Source: an uncultured Nitrospiraceae bacterium (GTDB lineage: Bacteria > Nitrospirota > Nitrospiria > Nitrospirales > Nitrospiraceae). Taken from it: a stretch of 64,000 nucleotides of DNA. Below, in pieces: positions 43,054-51,360 of the stretch. The stretch spans positions 34,341-98,340 of the forward strand of contig CAWCEG010000046.1 in NCBI GenBank assembly GCA_963794505.1, given 5' to 3'. The notes under the pieces are model-generated. The model had not been told where the DNA came from. It saw only the letters and a program-made list of their open reading frames with translations, and did no database searches. A program made the position numbers and the translations under genes. The number at the start of each line of letters is the position of its first letter. Position 1 is the first letter of the stretch.

Positions 43054-44654
43054 GGCTGCTCCATCAGTTCTTCCGCACGCCGTTCAGTCACCGCCTCATT
43101 CGGCTTCAAGGCCGGCACGCGGCTCGATTTGGCGAACCAGACCAGGAGAGCCAATCCCATGCAGAGGTAACTGGACAGGAGAAAGGCGTCGTTCAAGGCC
43201 AGAATGCCGGCTTGTTGCTTGATGGCCACTTGGAATTGGCGTTGGATCATGGCGGAATCGAAGCCGATCTCCTGCAATCTCGACGTGAGTTGTTGGAGCG
43301 GATCGTAAGCAGCAGTCATCCGTCCGCCAAAGTGGTCGCTCAGTTGCAGTTGATGAAAGGGGAGCCGCCGGAAGAGGACGATGCCCTGCCATGAGATGCC
43401 GAGCGCGCCTGCCGCAATCCGAAACACGTTTGCGGCCTCTGCAGCACGAAGCATCTGTTCACCGGAGAGGCCATGCAGCGTCAGCACGGTCAGCGGCGTA
43501 AAAAACGATCCCAGGAACACCCCTTCCGCAATCATCGGCCAGAAGATCTGATCGTAGGATTGTGGATCGTCGAACAGCCCGATCCAATAAAATGTGGCGG
43601 CGAATCCCGCCGCGTTGAGACTCGCCAGAAGGCGGACATCCAAGCGTTTGGCCGCTTCATGCATGATCGCAATCAGTGGGACTCCGAACACAATCATGGG
43701 TACGAACACCATGCCGGCCAGCGTCGAGGAGTAGCCCATCAACAACTGCAGCTGTACGACAAACAGCGCGACCAATCCTTGAATCGACAAGAAACCGAGA
43801 GTCAGACAGCATAAGCCGATCGCAAAATTTCGATGCGTAAACAGCCGGAGATCGATAGCCGGCCGGCGCTCACCGAGTTCCCATACGATCCAGACAGGCA
43901 CGGCCACAATGACCAGAAACAAGACGCTCAGCAAAAAAGGATCGTCGAACCAATCGAAGTCGTTCCCTTCGTTTAAGATGGTCTGTATTCCCCCGAATAT
44001 CATAGCGAGCAGAAGAAATCCGATGAAATCAAAGCGCTCGTGCCGCCGTTCGGAAGTGCGTCCGTATAGGAGCGAAGCCGTAAAGCCGGCAACGAGCAAT
44101 GCGAGAGGGATGTTGAGGTAAAACAACATCCGCCAGCCCCATTCGTCCGCGAGCCAGCCGCCGAAGGCCAATCCGATCGTAAAGGGCATCAAGGTGAAAA
44201 ACCCCCAGATGGCCAGTCCCATTGATTTCTGTCGGTCCGGATACTCTTGCAACAAAAGAGACTGTCCCAGGGGAAGCGTGAGGCCGCCGGCGAGGCCGAG
44301 AAGAATGCGGGCCGGGACAAACGTCGCAATGCTGCTATCGATCGCACAGAGCGCCGACGCCCCCCCGTAGGCGAGGAATGCACCCACAAAGACCCGGGAT
44401 TCACCATACCGCAAGGAAAGCCAGCGGGCGATCGGAAAGGCCAAGGCCAGCGCAATCATGAAATCCGTCTGGGCCCAGGTGCCGAAACTCGGCAGCACGC
44501 CGCCAAGATCGCCTGCGGCATGGGGCAGAAGCGCAACATAGGACCCGGCGTTGAACAGCACTACTATATGGGCAAGGCCTAAGACGGCGTTAAACAGCAC
44601 AAATTGCCATCCTCTGAGGTGCGTGCGCTCGATATCGGTCGTAGACGTGATCAT
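43050..44654 (-). CDS. EmrB/QacA (DHA2) MFS efflux transporter
   Basis: About 14 TMs, WRMLFYLNIP, GNDFDWF, PAIDLRLF..RNF. Confidence 0.9.
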   Translation of the reverse strand: MITSTTDIERTHLRGWQFVLFNAVLGLAHIVVLFNAGSYVALLPHAAGDLGGVLPSFGTWAQTDFMIALALAFPIARWLSLRYGESRVFVGAFLAYGGASALCAIDSSIATFVPARILLGLAGGLTLPLGQSLLLQEYPDRQKSMGLAIWGFFTLMPFTIGLAFGGWLADEWGWRMLFYLNIPLALLVAGFTASLLYGRTSERRHERFDFIGFLLLAMIFGGIQTILNEGNDFDWFDDPFLLSVLFLVIVAVPVWIVWELGERRPAIDLRLFTHRNFAIGLCCLTLGFLSIQGLVALFVVQLQLLMGYSSTLAGMVFVPMIVFGVPLIAIMHEAAKRLDVRLLASLNAAGFAATFYWIGLFDDPQSYDQIFWPMIAEGVFLGSFFTPLTVLTLHGLSGEQMLRAAEAANVFRIAAGALGISWQGIVLFRRLPFHQLQLSDHFGGRMTAAYDPLQQLTSRLQEIGFDSAMIQRQFQVAIKQQAGILALNDAFLLSSYLCMGLALLVWFAKSSRVPALKPNEAVTERRAEELMEQP

Positions 44655-45532
44655 AGGCGAGTTGAAAAGGAGGAGGAGTAGCGAGCTGGGTCGGAAGCCC
44701 CAGAGTCCGTGATCGTTGCCGTTGAAATCATGACCTGGTGTATTTCTGGCCGGTGCGTAAAATACATAGCTAGACCGGTAAACAGCATGCCGCCCACGAG
44801 ATTACCCAGCGTGACGGGAACTTGATTCCACACCCACCAGTCCGTCAACGTCACATTGGCCCCTAATAACATGCCGACTGGAATGGCGAACATATTCACG
44901 ACGGCATGCTCGAATCCTTGAGAAAAAAACAAGACCGTCGGACCCCAGATGGCCAGAATTTTTCCCGACAAGGAGGTGGTTGCAAAAGCGAATACAACGG
45001 CGAGGCTCACCATCCAGTTACACAAAATTCCTTTCGTGAAGACAGTGAGCATACCGGCCTCGCCATGCGAGGCGTAATAGCGAGTTTTGGCTTCGGCGAT
45101 CGCCACTAACTTGGCGCCTGTTGCGGACAATCCCGCGTCGCCGGCTGTAGTCAACACGACCGCCAACATCCCCGCGTACAATGCGCTACCGATTAAGTTT
45201 CCTAAAAAGACCCACCCCCAGTTGGACAGCACACGGCTGATACAGGCATTAGCTCGACCGTCCGCCGTTGCACAAGGGAGCAAGGCAAAACTCCCCGTAA
45301 TGATTTCCGTATGAAGGAGAATCGCGAGACAAAGGCCGAAAGGAAATAGTAATGACCCGACGAGCCAGCTCCCGGTTTCAACTGCCGCTGTCACGGCCAT
45401 GCTGGTTGCGACACCGAGATAGGCGCCGGCCAGGGCTCCGCGGATCAACAGGTGCCGGACCGGCAAATCCAATTTCAACGCTGCATTGTTCACCATGTCG
45501 CGGACGATCTCCTGAGGCTTTACATAGTCCAT
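44651..45532 (-). CDS. Formate/nitrite transporter (FNT, NirC/FocA family)
   Basis: GALAGAYLG, FPFGL, GNLIG, GILCNWMV, GFEHAVVNM, LGNLVGG. Confidence 0.92.
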   Translation of the reverse strand: MDYVKPQEIVRDMVNNAALKLDLPVRHLLIRGALAGAYLGVATSMAVTAAVETGSWLVGSLLFPFGLCLAILLHTEIITGSFALLPCATADGRANACISRVLSNWGWVFLGNLIGSALYAGMLAVVLTTAGDAGLSATGAKLVAIAEAKTRYYASHGEAGMLTVFTKGILCNWMVSLAVVFAFATTSLSGKILAIWGPTVLFFSQGFEHAVVNMFAIPVGMLLGANVTLTDWWVWNQVPVTLGNLVGGMLFTGLAMYFTHRPEIHQVMISTATITDSGASDPARYSSSFSTRL

Positions 45533-45584
45533 CAGTCATTCCCTCAGAAATGTGGAACAAATCTTTGCATCGTAAGTATCACTA

Positions 45585-45610
45585 GCAACTTCAGAGCCAA
45601 GTGATTGATC
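45585..45610 (-). promoter_or_regulatory. sigma54 (-24/-12) promoter of the FNT-efflux operon, with abutting IHF-like site
   Basis: Minus strand TGGCTCTGAAGTTGC has consensus spacing; GATCAATCACTTG resembles WATCAANNNNTTR. Confidence 0.65.
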
Positions 45611-45888
45611 ACGGGCGAAGGTCATAAAAACGCGCACCTACGCCCTAATTGTGAAGAGGCGGTGAGACAACTCACATGCGGCGTGTGAATTGCCGCTGAG
45701 CGGTCTGTGCGGATTCGCTCAGAAAGACGCACAGTTCGCCGGCAACCTTATCGAACAAGTTGAGTGAGTGGGCAAGAAAGAGCGATAGCCATTGATCCTG
45801 GTGGAAACCCCAGGACGCTGCAGGCTCGGCTCGGAGTACACTGATGTTGGCCTGGCGTGGTTGTCCAGGTGCAGCAGAAGGGAATCAC

Positions 45889-46407
45889 ATGGCTTTCTTG
45901 CCGTTTCGTGATCGAGCGAGAATCGTGCTGTTTCGGTGGCCGGCAATCGTCGCAGGGCTTTTCGTTGCCTTGGGAATCCATATCGTTCTCACGGCGTTTG
46001 GGTTAGGAGTGGTATTCCTTCAAAATCAGTCCGCGGAGGGTGGCAGCAGTATGGCCACGGCGGTGCTGCTGTTGTGGAGTGGTCTTGCGTGGATCACGGC
46101 GGCATTTATCGGCGGCTATGTCACCGCGTGGGTGGCGGATGCGTCGCGCTACGCCGAAAGCCTATTTCACGGATTGGTGCTCTGGGGCGCCTTGACATTC
46201 ATCCTCATGTTCTTGCCGCCGAGTACCATGGGCATCAGCGCGGAAGCAGAACCACCCTTGTCGCCGAGCATTGTCTCGTCGGTCGCCTGGTTTATCGCCA
46301 TTGGGGGATTGCTTTCGCTCGGCACCACCATTTGGGGCGCCGTGATTGGCTCGCGCGTGGTTGCCGAAGTGGAAACCAAAGAAACAGGCGCCTACCGTGC
46401 CGCGTAA
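45889..46407 (+). CDS. Four-TM membrane protein of unknown function
   Basis: WPAIVAG.., AFIGGYVTA, HGLVLWG; hydrophobic helices. Confidence 0.75.
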   Translation: MAFLPFRDRARIVLFRWPAIVAGLFVALGIHIVLTAFGLGVVFLQNQSAEGGSSMATAVLLLWSGLAWITAAFIGGYVTAWVADASRYAESLFHGLVLWGALTFILMFLPPSTMGISAEAEPPLSPSIVSSVAWFIAIGGLLSLGTTIWGAVIGSRVVAEVETKETGAYRAA

Positions 46408-46732
46408 AGAGGCAGGGTCCCTGGGGAGGGGTCCGGCAAGCAGCCACCAAGACAAGGTCATGAAGAAGTGGATCGGACGGGTCGCTGTCCAATTCGATGA
46501 TCGGCGTGATCCGAGCGCCGAAGTCACCGGTTGCACGGATCAGCTCGTGTTTGTTTCGAAGGAGATCTCGCTGCCGTTAAGCGCAATCAAAGTATCGGAG
46601 GATATGTGCCACCATAATCCGATAGGCGATATTCGATAGCGCGACCCCGAGCAGCCGCTTCACGCAGAAATGGATGATGTGATCACTCATAAGGCAACTG
46701 TTCGGAAGTCGTCTATTGATCGATCCGGCGCG

Positions 46733-47497
46733 TTACCTGGCCTCCAGGGGAATGCGCACACTAATCGCGCCGGCCAAGTCGCCTTCACGGGCGCCTTCCC
46801 TTGGATAGCCGGAAATATCCCATTCCCCCTTCGGCTCTCCATGGCAGGCCAGACAGGCTTGCATATAGTAAATCGGCATCATCACCCGCAGGGTTTTGCC
46901 CGACTCAGTGAGTTCGCTCACGTAAGCTTCGCTGTTCGGTCGGCCTGACAGCCAGCGAAGAACGGACGATTCATATTCATCCGGCTCATTCTTGGGGTTG
47001 CGTGGTTGGATGGCGGTCTGCTTGAGCTGCACATGCGACCGTTTGGAAAAACGCGCTGCCGCCTGACTGCCGTATGTCGCGGGAATGAAGTTCTTATAGC
47101 CGATGCCTCGTTGGTTGATGACCACTTGCGCGTCCCGGACCACGTCTTTGCTCGCCTCGATCAACGCGAGGAGAAGTTCGCGCGTCAGCGGCGGGATGGC
47201 CACGGTCGCCGGCTTGTTCGCGAGAACAGCCAGGTCGATGCCCGTGCGCGTCCGGAACTCTTGGCGGAGTTGTTGTTCGAAGACGTCTGGCGTAAATCCT
47301 TTGTCACCGCGGTGAGGATCGTCGATCACGGCTTGATTGCGCTCGATCACCAGCCGACCCGCTTGAAGAACTTTGGCCAGGAGACGGGCCGTCTCTTCCG
47401 CCTCAGCCCGAAGCTGCTCCGGCGGGGAGGCTTGCGCTGCAAGCGCTGTGCACGACAGGACCATGATGAACGCTAGCACGTGCCGGTGGGAGCCCAT
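46733..47497 (-). CDS. Exported Tll0287/DUF3365-like c-type heme protein
   Basis: Signal peptide, PRNPKNEPD, CLACH heme-binding motif, GDLAGAISV. Confidence 0.85.
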   Translation of the reverse strand: MGSHRHVLAFIMVLSCTALAAQASPPEQLRAEAEETARLLAKVLQAGRLVIERNQAVIDDPHRGDKGFTPDVFEQQLRQEFRTRTGIDLAVLANKPATVAIPPLTRELLLALIEASKDVVRDAQVVINQRGIGYKNFIPATYGSQAAARFSKRSHVQLKQTAIQPRNPKNEPDEYESSVLRWLSGRPNSEAYVSELTESGKTLRVMMPIYYMQACLACHGEPKGEWDISGYPREGAREGDLAGAISVRIPLEAR

Positions 47498-47511
47498 GGA
47501 ACCTCCTGTTT

Positions 47512-48537
47512 CTAGCGCGCAGCACGTTCACGGCAGGTGCCCTGATCGTAATGCGCGGCCATTTTGGACGTGTCGAATGGTAATCCTTCCACTGAAGCGC
47601 GCCGAGGGTAGGCATAATTGTCCTCCATCCATCGACGCTGCATCGTCTTGAGCCGTCCACTCTCGTAAAGCTGAAAAATGACACCATTGACGAACCAGCG
47701 CAGACGGTAGCTTTCCTCTGCCATCACGACCACATAATCGGCCTGCGTGAACCGTAGCGGCTTGTTGTCCACTCCGCTCAGCACGCGCCAGTCTCGGCGC
47801 GTCGTCTTGACCATAAATTCCAACACCGGATGCGCGCCGATGATGACGTCGATCGGCTGTTTGATTCCTGCTTCGGCCTGCTCAAACGCCGCCGGCAGGG
47901 AATCGCACAGGATCAGCCTCACGGATGGCAGGTTAGCGTCGGCATAGAAGTGCGCCGCCGTGCTGTCTTGCACGGCAACGCTCAGGCCGTCGAGGAGTCG
48001 ACCGTGCGTCGTCGTGTCTCCGGCGGTTCGCATTCGGGCCTGGATCCGTTCGATGATCTCCGGCCGTTTGGCGATCGCGCCGAGGCCTCCTTGGGAAAAA
48101 TAGGCATTGGAGTAAGCGAACCCCGCTCGCCCTGGTGAGGGGACTCCTGCTACTACGGCTGAAACGAAAAAGTCCAACTGTCCTTCATTGAGCAGGAGGA
48201 ACAGGTCTCGGAAACGAACAAGGTGCAAGACCGGCATCACGGGAGTGTTGCAATGGACAGTGAGCGCATCGCTCACCGCGCGAACCAGTTCTGCATCGAA
48301 TCCAGTGATCCGCGCCCCTTCGTCGGTCCATACGGCGGGAAAGACAAAGGGGCGAAACGGCTCCACGGCCATGCCGACCTGGACCTGCTCCCGACGGCAG
48401 ATCCGATCAAGTTCGTTCGTCGTCACGGGATAGACCCATGTGACGGCGTCGATGATCAGGCCGCAGCCCTGCGCCAGCAGCATGCATATGAGCAACGGCG
48501 CGCCGATCAATACCGAACGCCGGTCAGGAACAACCAT
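47512..48537 (-). CDS. Periplasmic solute-binding lipoprotein (family 3-like)
   Basis: Lipobox AQGC, ITGFDAELV, LNEGQLDF, YSNAYF; no adjacent ABC permease or ATPase. Confidence 0.8.
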   Translation of the reverse strand: MVVPDRRSVLIGAPLLICMLLAQGCGLIIDAVTWVYPVTTNELDRICRREQVQVGMAVEPFRPFVFPAVWTDEGARITGFDAELVRAVSDALTVHCNTPVMPVLHLVRFRDLFLLLNEGQLDFFVSAVVAGVPSPGRAGFAYSNAYFSQGGLGAIAKRPEIIERIQARMRTAGDTTTHGRLLDGLSVAVQDSTAAHFYADANLPSVRLILCDSLPAAFEQAEAGIKQPIDVIIGAHPVLEFMVKTTRRDWRVLSGVDNKPLRFTQADYVVVMAEESYRLRWFVNGVIFQLYESGRLKTMQRRWMEDNYAYPRRASVEGLPFDTSKMAAHYDQGTCRERAAR

Positions 48538-49136
48538 TGTTGCGACTCTCCCGATTGTCCTTGAAACGTGACGTCAAACTGCGTGTATTGAAGGCTCAAG
48601 TCCAGAGAGATACCGCGGGCAACTGGAAAACGTACGCCCGCCTGGCCGCCATAGAGCAGACCCGGAGAACTGCGATTCTCGCTCGAGATCACGGCGCCCA
48701 ACAGCACGCCGACATAGGGAACGGCTCGGTCTTCCAACGGGCCGAAGAATACATGTCGCAGGAGACGATTCAACGGCATGGATTTTGGAAAATCGAGCAG
48801 GTCGATGATGTTGTTCCAGCGCGGGTTGAGAAACAATGCGTGCTGATCGGTATTCGCATCCTGAGTATGGATGCTGAAGTACTGATAGATCGTGCGTAGT
48901 TCGCCGTCGCCGTATCGCAAGGCCGTCACGCCGGCTTGCAGAGTGATTTCACGATCATTGGGCGCAAAACTTTGTTGCCGCAACGCCACGTCGAAATTGA
49001 TGGGCCGTACGGGAAAGAGTTCGAGGACGGCTTCCTGTGCGAGAAGAGTCGTAGATGCACACAGCGTGAAGCCAGCGGCGACCGTGAGAAGCGATGGTAC
49101 GCGCTTGGTCAGACCATCGCTAGTGCATGGCTGCAC
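48507..49136 (-). CDS. Exported protein, probable small outer-membrane beta-barrel (start uncertain)
   Basis: Signal-like segment; VPYVGV, YGGQAGVRF, alternating C-terminal strand FLTGVRY. Confidence 0.6.
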   Translation of the reverse strand: MQPCTSDGLTKRVPSLLTVAAGFTLCASTTLLAQEAVLELFPVRPINFDVALRQQSFAPNDREITLQAGVTALRYGDGELRTIYQYFSIHTQDANTDQHALFLNPRWNNIIDLLDFPKSMPLNRLLRHVFFGPLEDRAVPYVGVLLGAVISSENRSSPGLLYGGQAGVRFPVARGISLDLSLQYTQFDVTFQGQSGESQQWLFLTGVRY

Positions 49137-49539
49137 GGTCTGCCGGCGGACCACCGACATGCGCGAGCGGACCGGCTGAGATGCAGGACTGTATCGCCTC
49201 AACATGGCATGCGTCCTGATTGTGCCACAGGCCGCGAACCGTCTCGACCAGATTCTGGGCGGAGAGGGACGCTCTATCGATATCGACCAAGGCATGGCCC
49301 GGGACGGTTGAAAGGTCCACCGCTCGAACCCCCGACAGGGCGAAAAGCGCCGATACGATGTGTGGATACTGAGCGTCACAAGGGGAGCCGTTGAACTGCA
49401 GTGCGACGCGCTCGGGAGAGGAGGCTGCCGACGCAGAGAGAAGCTGGCACAGCAGAGAGACAAGACAGATTGTTGGTAGAACCAGAGTGGCGATCGGTCG
49501 GCTCTTCCGGGGCGCCCGGTTCTCGTGATGCGCCATCAC
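49120..49539 (-). CDS. Exported HMA-like (heavy-metal-associated fold) protein
   Basis: Signal peptide; LQFNGSPC..IVSAL..GVRAVDL..ALVDID; 4-nt overlap with the nirK stop. Confidence 0.65.
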   Translation of the reverse strand: MMAHHENRAPRKSRPIATLVLPTICLVSLLCQLLSASAASSPERVALQFNGSPCDAQYPHIVSALFALSGVRAVDLSTVPGHALVDIDRASLSAQNLVETVRGLWHNQDACHVEAIQSCISAGPLAHVGGPPADRAAMH

Positions 49540-50519
49540 GGCACGGGCGCCGGAGTGATCCCCGTTTGGGGCGTCGCTACCTTCCAGGGAACCATCGGCA
49601 TCAGTGGAGCGGGTTTGGCGTCAGGCGAAGCCACCAAGACCGCGATAGCGCCCCTGAGCGCCCCGGTCAACGAGTGGGTAACGAGCGGATAAGCCCCGGC
49701 TGACTCGACAACGACGTCGAATACGGCCGCGCTGCCCGGCCCGACGACGTAGGTTTGGACTCCCGTCAGTTTGTTGAGCGGGTTGCCGCTTTCATAGACA
49801 TTATCCCAAATCTCACCGATTGGATGAAACGCCGAGAATTCATTGGGGCCGGCGTTGACGAAGAAAATCCGTACTCGTTCTCCGGGCTTCGCATCCAGTT
49901 TGCCTCCGCCAGAAACGAATGGGTGATATTTGAAGAGACCGCCGTTGAACATGACCCCGTCGAATTTCCGATCGAACATCGCCTGAACATCATCGGGATT
50001 CTTGAAGTATTCAGATTGGACCAGGACATATTCGCGGTCGGCCTTGGGCCAAGCCTTGGCGTTCTTGGGATCGACAACGATGGCCCCGAACATGCCGCGG
50101 GCGACATGTTGGAGCATGGGAGGCGCCCCGCAGTGATAAAAGAAGATGCCGGGTTTCTTCGCCACGAAGGTGTAGCTGATCGTTTCGCCGGCGTTGATCG
50201 CCCGATAGTTCTTCAGGAAGTCAATCTCCGCAGCATGAAAATCCATCGCGTGCGGATACTTGTTCGTCGCCGGATTGGTCAGCGTAAACTTGACGGTGTC
50301 TCCCTCAGTGACCCTGACAACGGGACCGGGCATCTGTCCGTCGAATGTCCAGGCCGCATACTTCTCGCCGCTACCGTCGATGACCACGTCCGTTTCGACG
50401 GCGGTCATGGCGATGTCATGGGCCTTCGCAGTCGCCTTTGCTGGCGACATCGCGCTCAGCCCTGCATAGAGGCACAGCCCTAGGGTGAAGGCACGATAGT
50501 GAGATGTGCAAATCCACAT
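49536..50519 (-). CDS. nirK: Copper-containing nitrite reductase
   Basis: HAMDFH, YHCGAPPMLQHVARGM, NAGPN..SAFHPIG, YPLVTHS: type 1 and type 2 Cu ligands and catalytic Asp/His present. Confidence 0.92.
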   Translation of the reverse strand: MWICTSHYRAFTLGLCLYAGLSAMSPAKATAKAHDIAMTAVETDVVIDGSGEKYAAWTFDGQMPGPVVRVTEGDTVKFTLTNPATNKYPHAMDFHAAEIDFLKNYRAINAGETISYTFVAKKPGIFFYHCGAPPMLQHVARGMFGAIVVDPKNAKAWPKADREYVLVQSEYFKNPDDVQAMFDRKFDGVMFNGGLFKYHPFVSGGGKLDAKPGERVRIFFVNAGPNEFSAFHPIGEIWDNVYESGNPLNKLTGVQTYVVGPGSAAVFDVVVESAGAYPLVTHSLTGALRGAIAVLVASPDAKPAPLMPMVPWKVATPQTGITPAPVP

Positions 50520-50596
50520 GGAGGGGTCTCCTTCTTTGCGATAAGGTCGAACGCAAAAGGATAACGCGAGAGTAGTCATCCTATTGATAGGAAGGG

Positions 50597-50644
50597 AGCA
50601 TACTCAAAGGCCACAGGGCAAAACATGACGAAAATCATGTTTTG
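50597..50644 (-). promoter_or_regulatory. Crp/Fnr-family operator and -10 element of nirK
   Basis: Perfect inverted repeat CAAAACATGA-N6-TCATGTTTTG (50619-50644) centred at -41.5 relative to a TATGCT -10 at 50602-50597. Confidence 0.72.
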
Positions 50645-50663
50645 AAGGTCTGCGGTAAGAGGA

Positions 50664-51360
50664 TTAGCGTGAGGCGAGCGTTTTTAAGCGGTCAAAGTCG
50701 AGGATGACGAGACGATTCGCAGTTCCGGAGACCAGACGATCGCGCTTGAAGCGGCTCATGATTCGGATGACGGTTTCGGTCGTCGCTCCGACCATATTTG
50801 CCATATCCTGTCTGGTCAGTCGCATGGGGAGTCTGAGCCCTTGCGGCTCCTTGATGCCGTTTGCTCCAGCGAGATCGGTCAAGAGTGCTGCAAGCCGCTG
50901 GTCAGCACGGTCCAACGCGAGAATTTTGTTCTTTTCCTGCGCCTCGTGCAGCCGGTTGCCGAGGTACTTGATGACTTCAATCGCGGCATCGGGATTTCGC
51001 TTCAGCATGGTGAAGTAGGCAGTCTTATGCATGCGAAGGATGCTCACGTTTCCCATCGGCTGCGCGCTGCCCGGATGGCTGGCGCCGTCGAATGCGGCCG
51101 CATCGCAGCAGAACAAATCCCCCGGCATCAGCATTTTGAGCGTGCATTCCTTGCCGTCCGAGGTGGATTTTACGCATTTGACGGTGCCTTCCTTGACAAT
51201 ATGGAAGTACTCGGTCGGTTCGCCCTCCCGAAAGATGAAGTCATTCTTGCCGTAACGGGTTTCTGAAAGTTCTTGCAGGAGCCGCTGACGATCCTGCCGG
51301 CTCAGGATGTTGAACAGAGGGACACGGTCGAGCAGCGTGTCGATCGAGACGCCGGGCTGT
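50664..51360 (-). CDS. Crp/Fnr-family transcriptional regulator (start uncertain)
   Basis: IFREGEP..IVKEG.VK cNMP-like fold; LTRQDMANMVGATTETVIR HTH. Confidence 0.9.
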
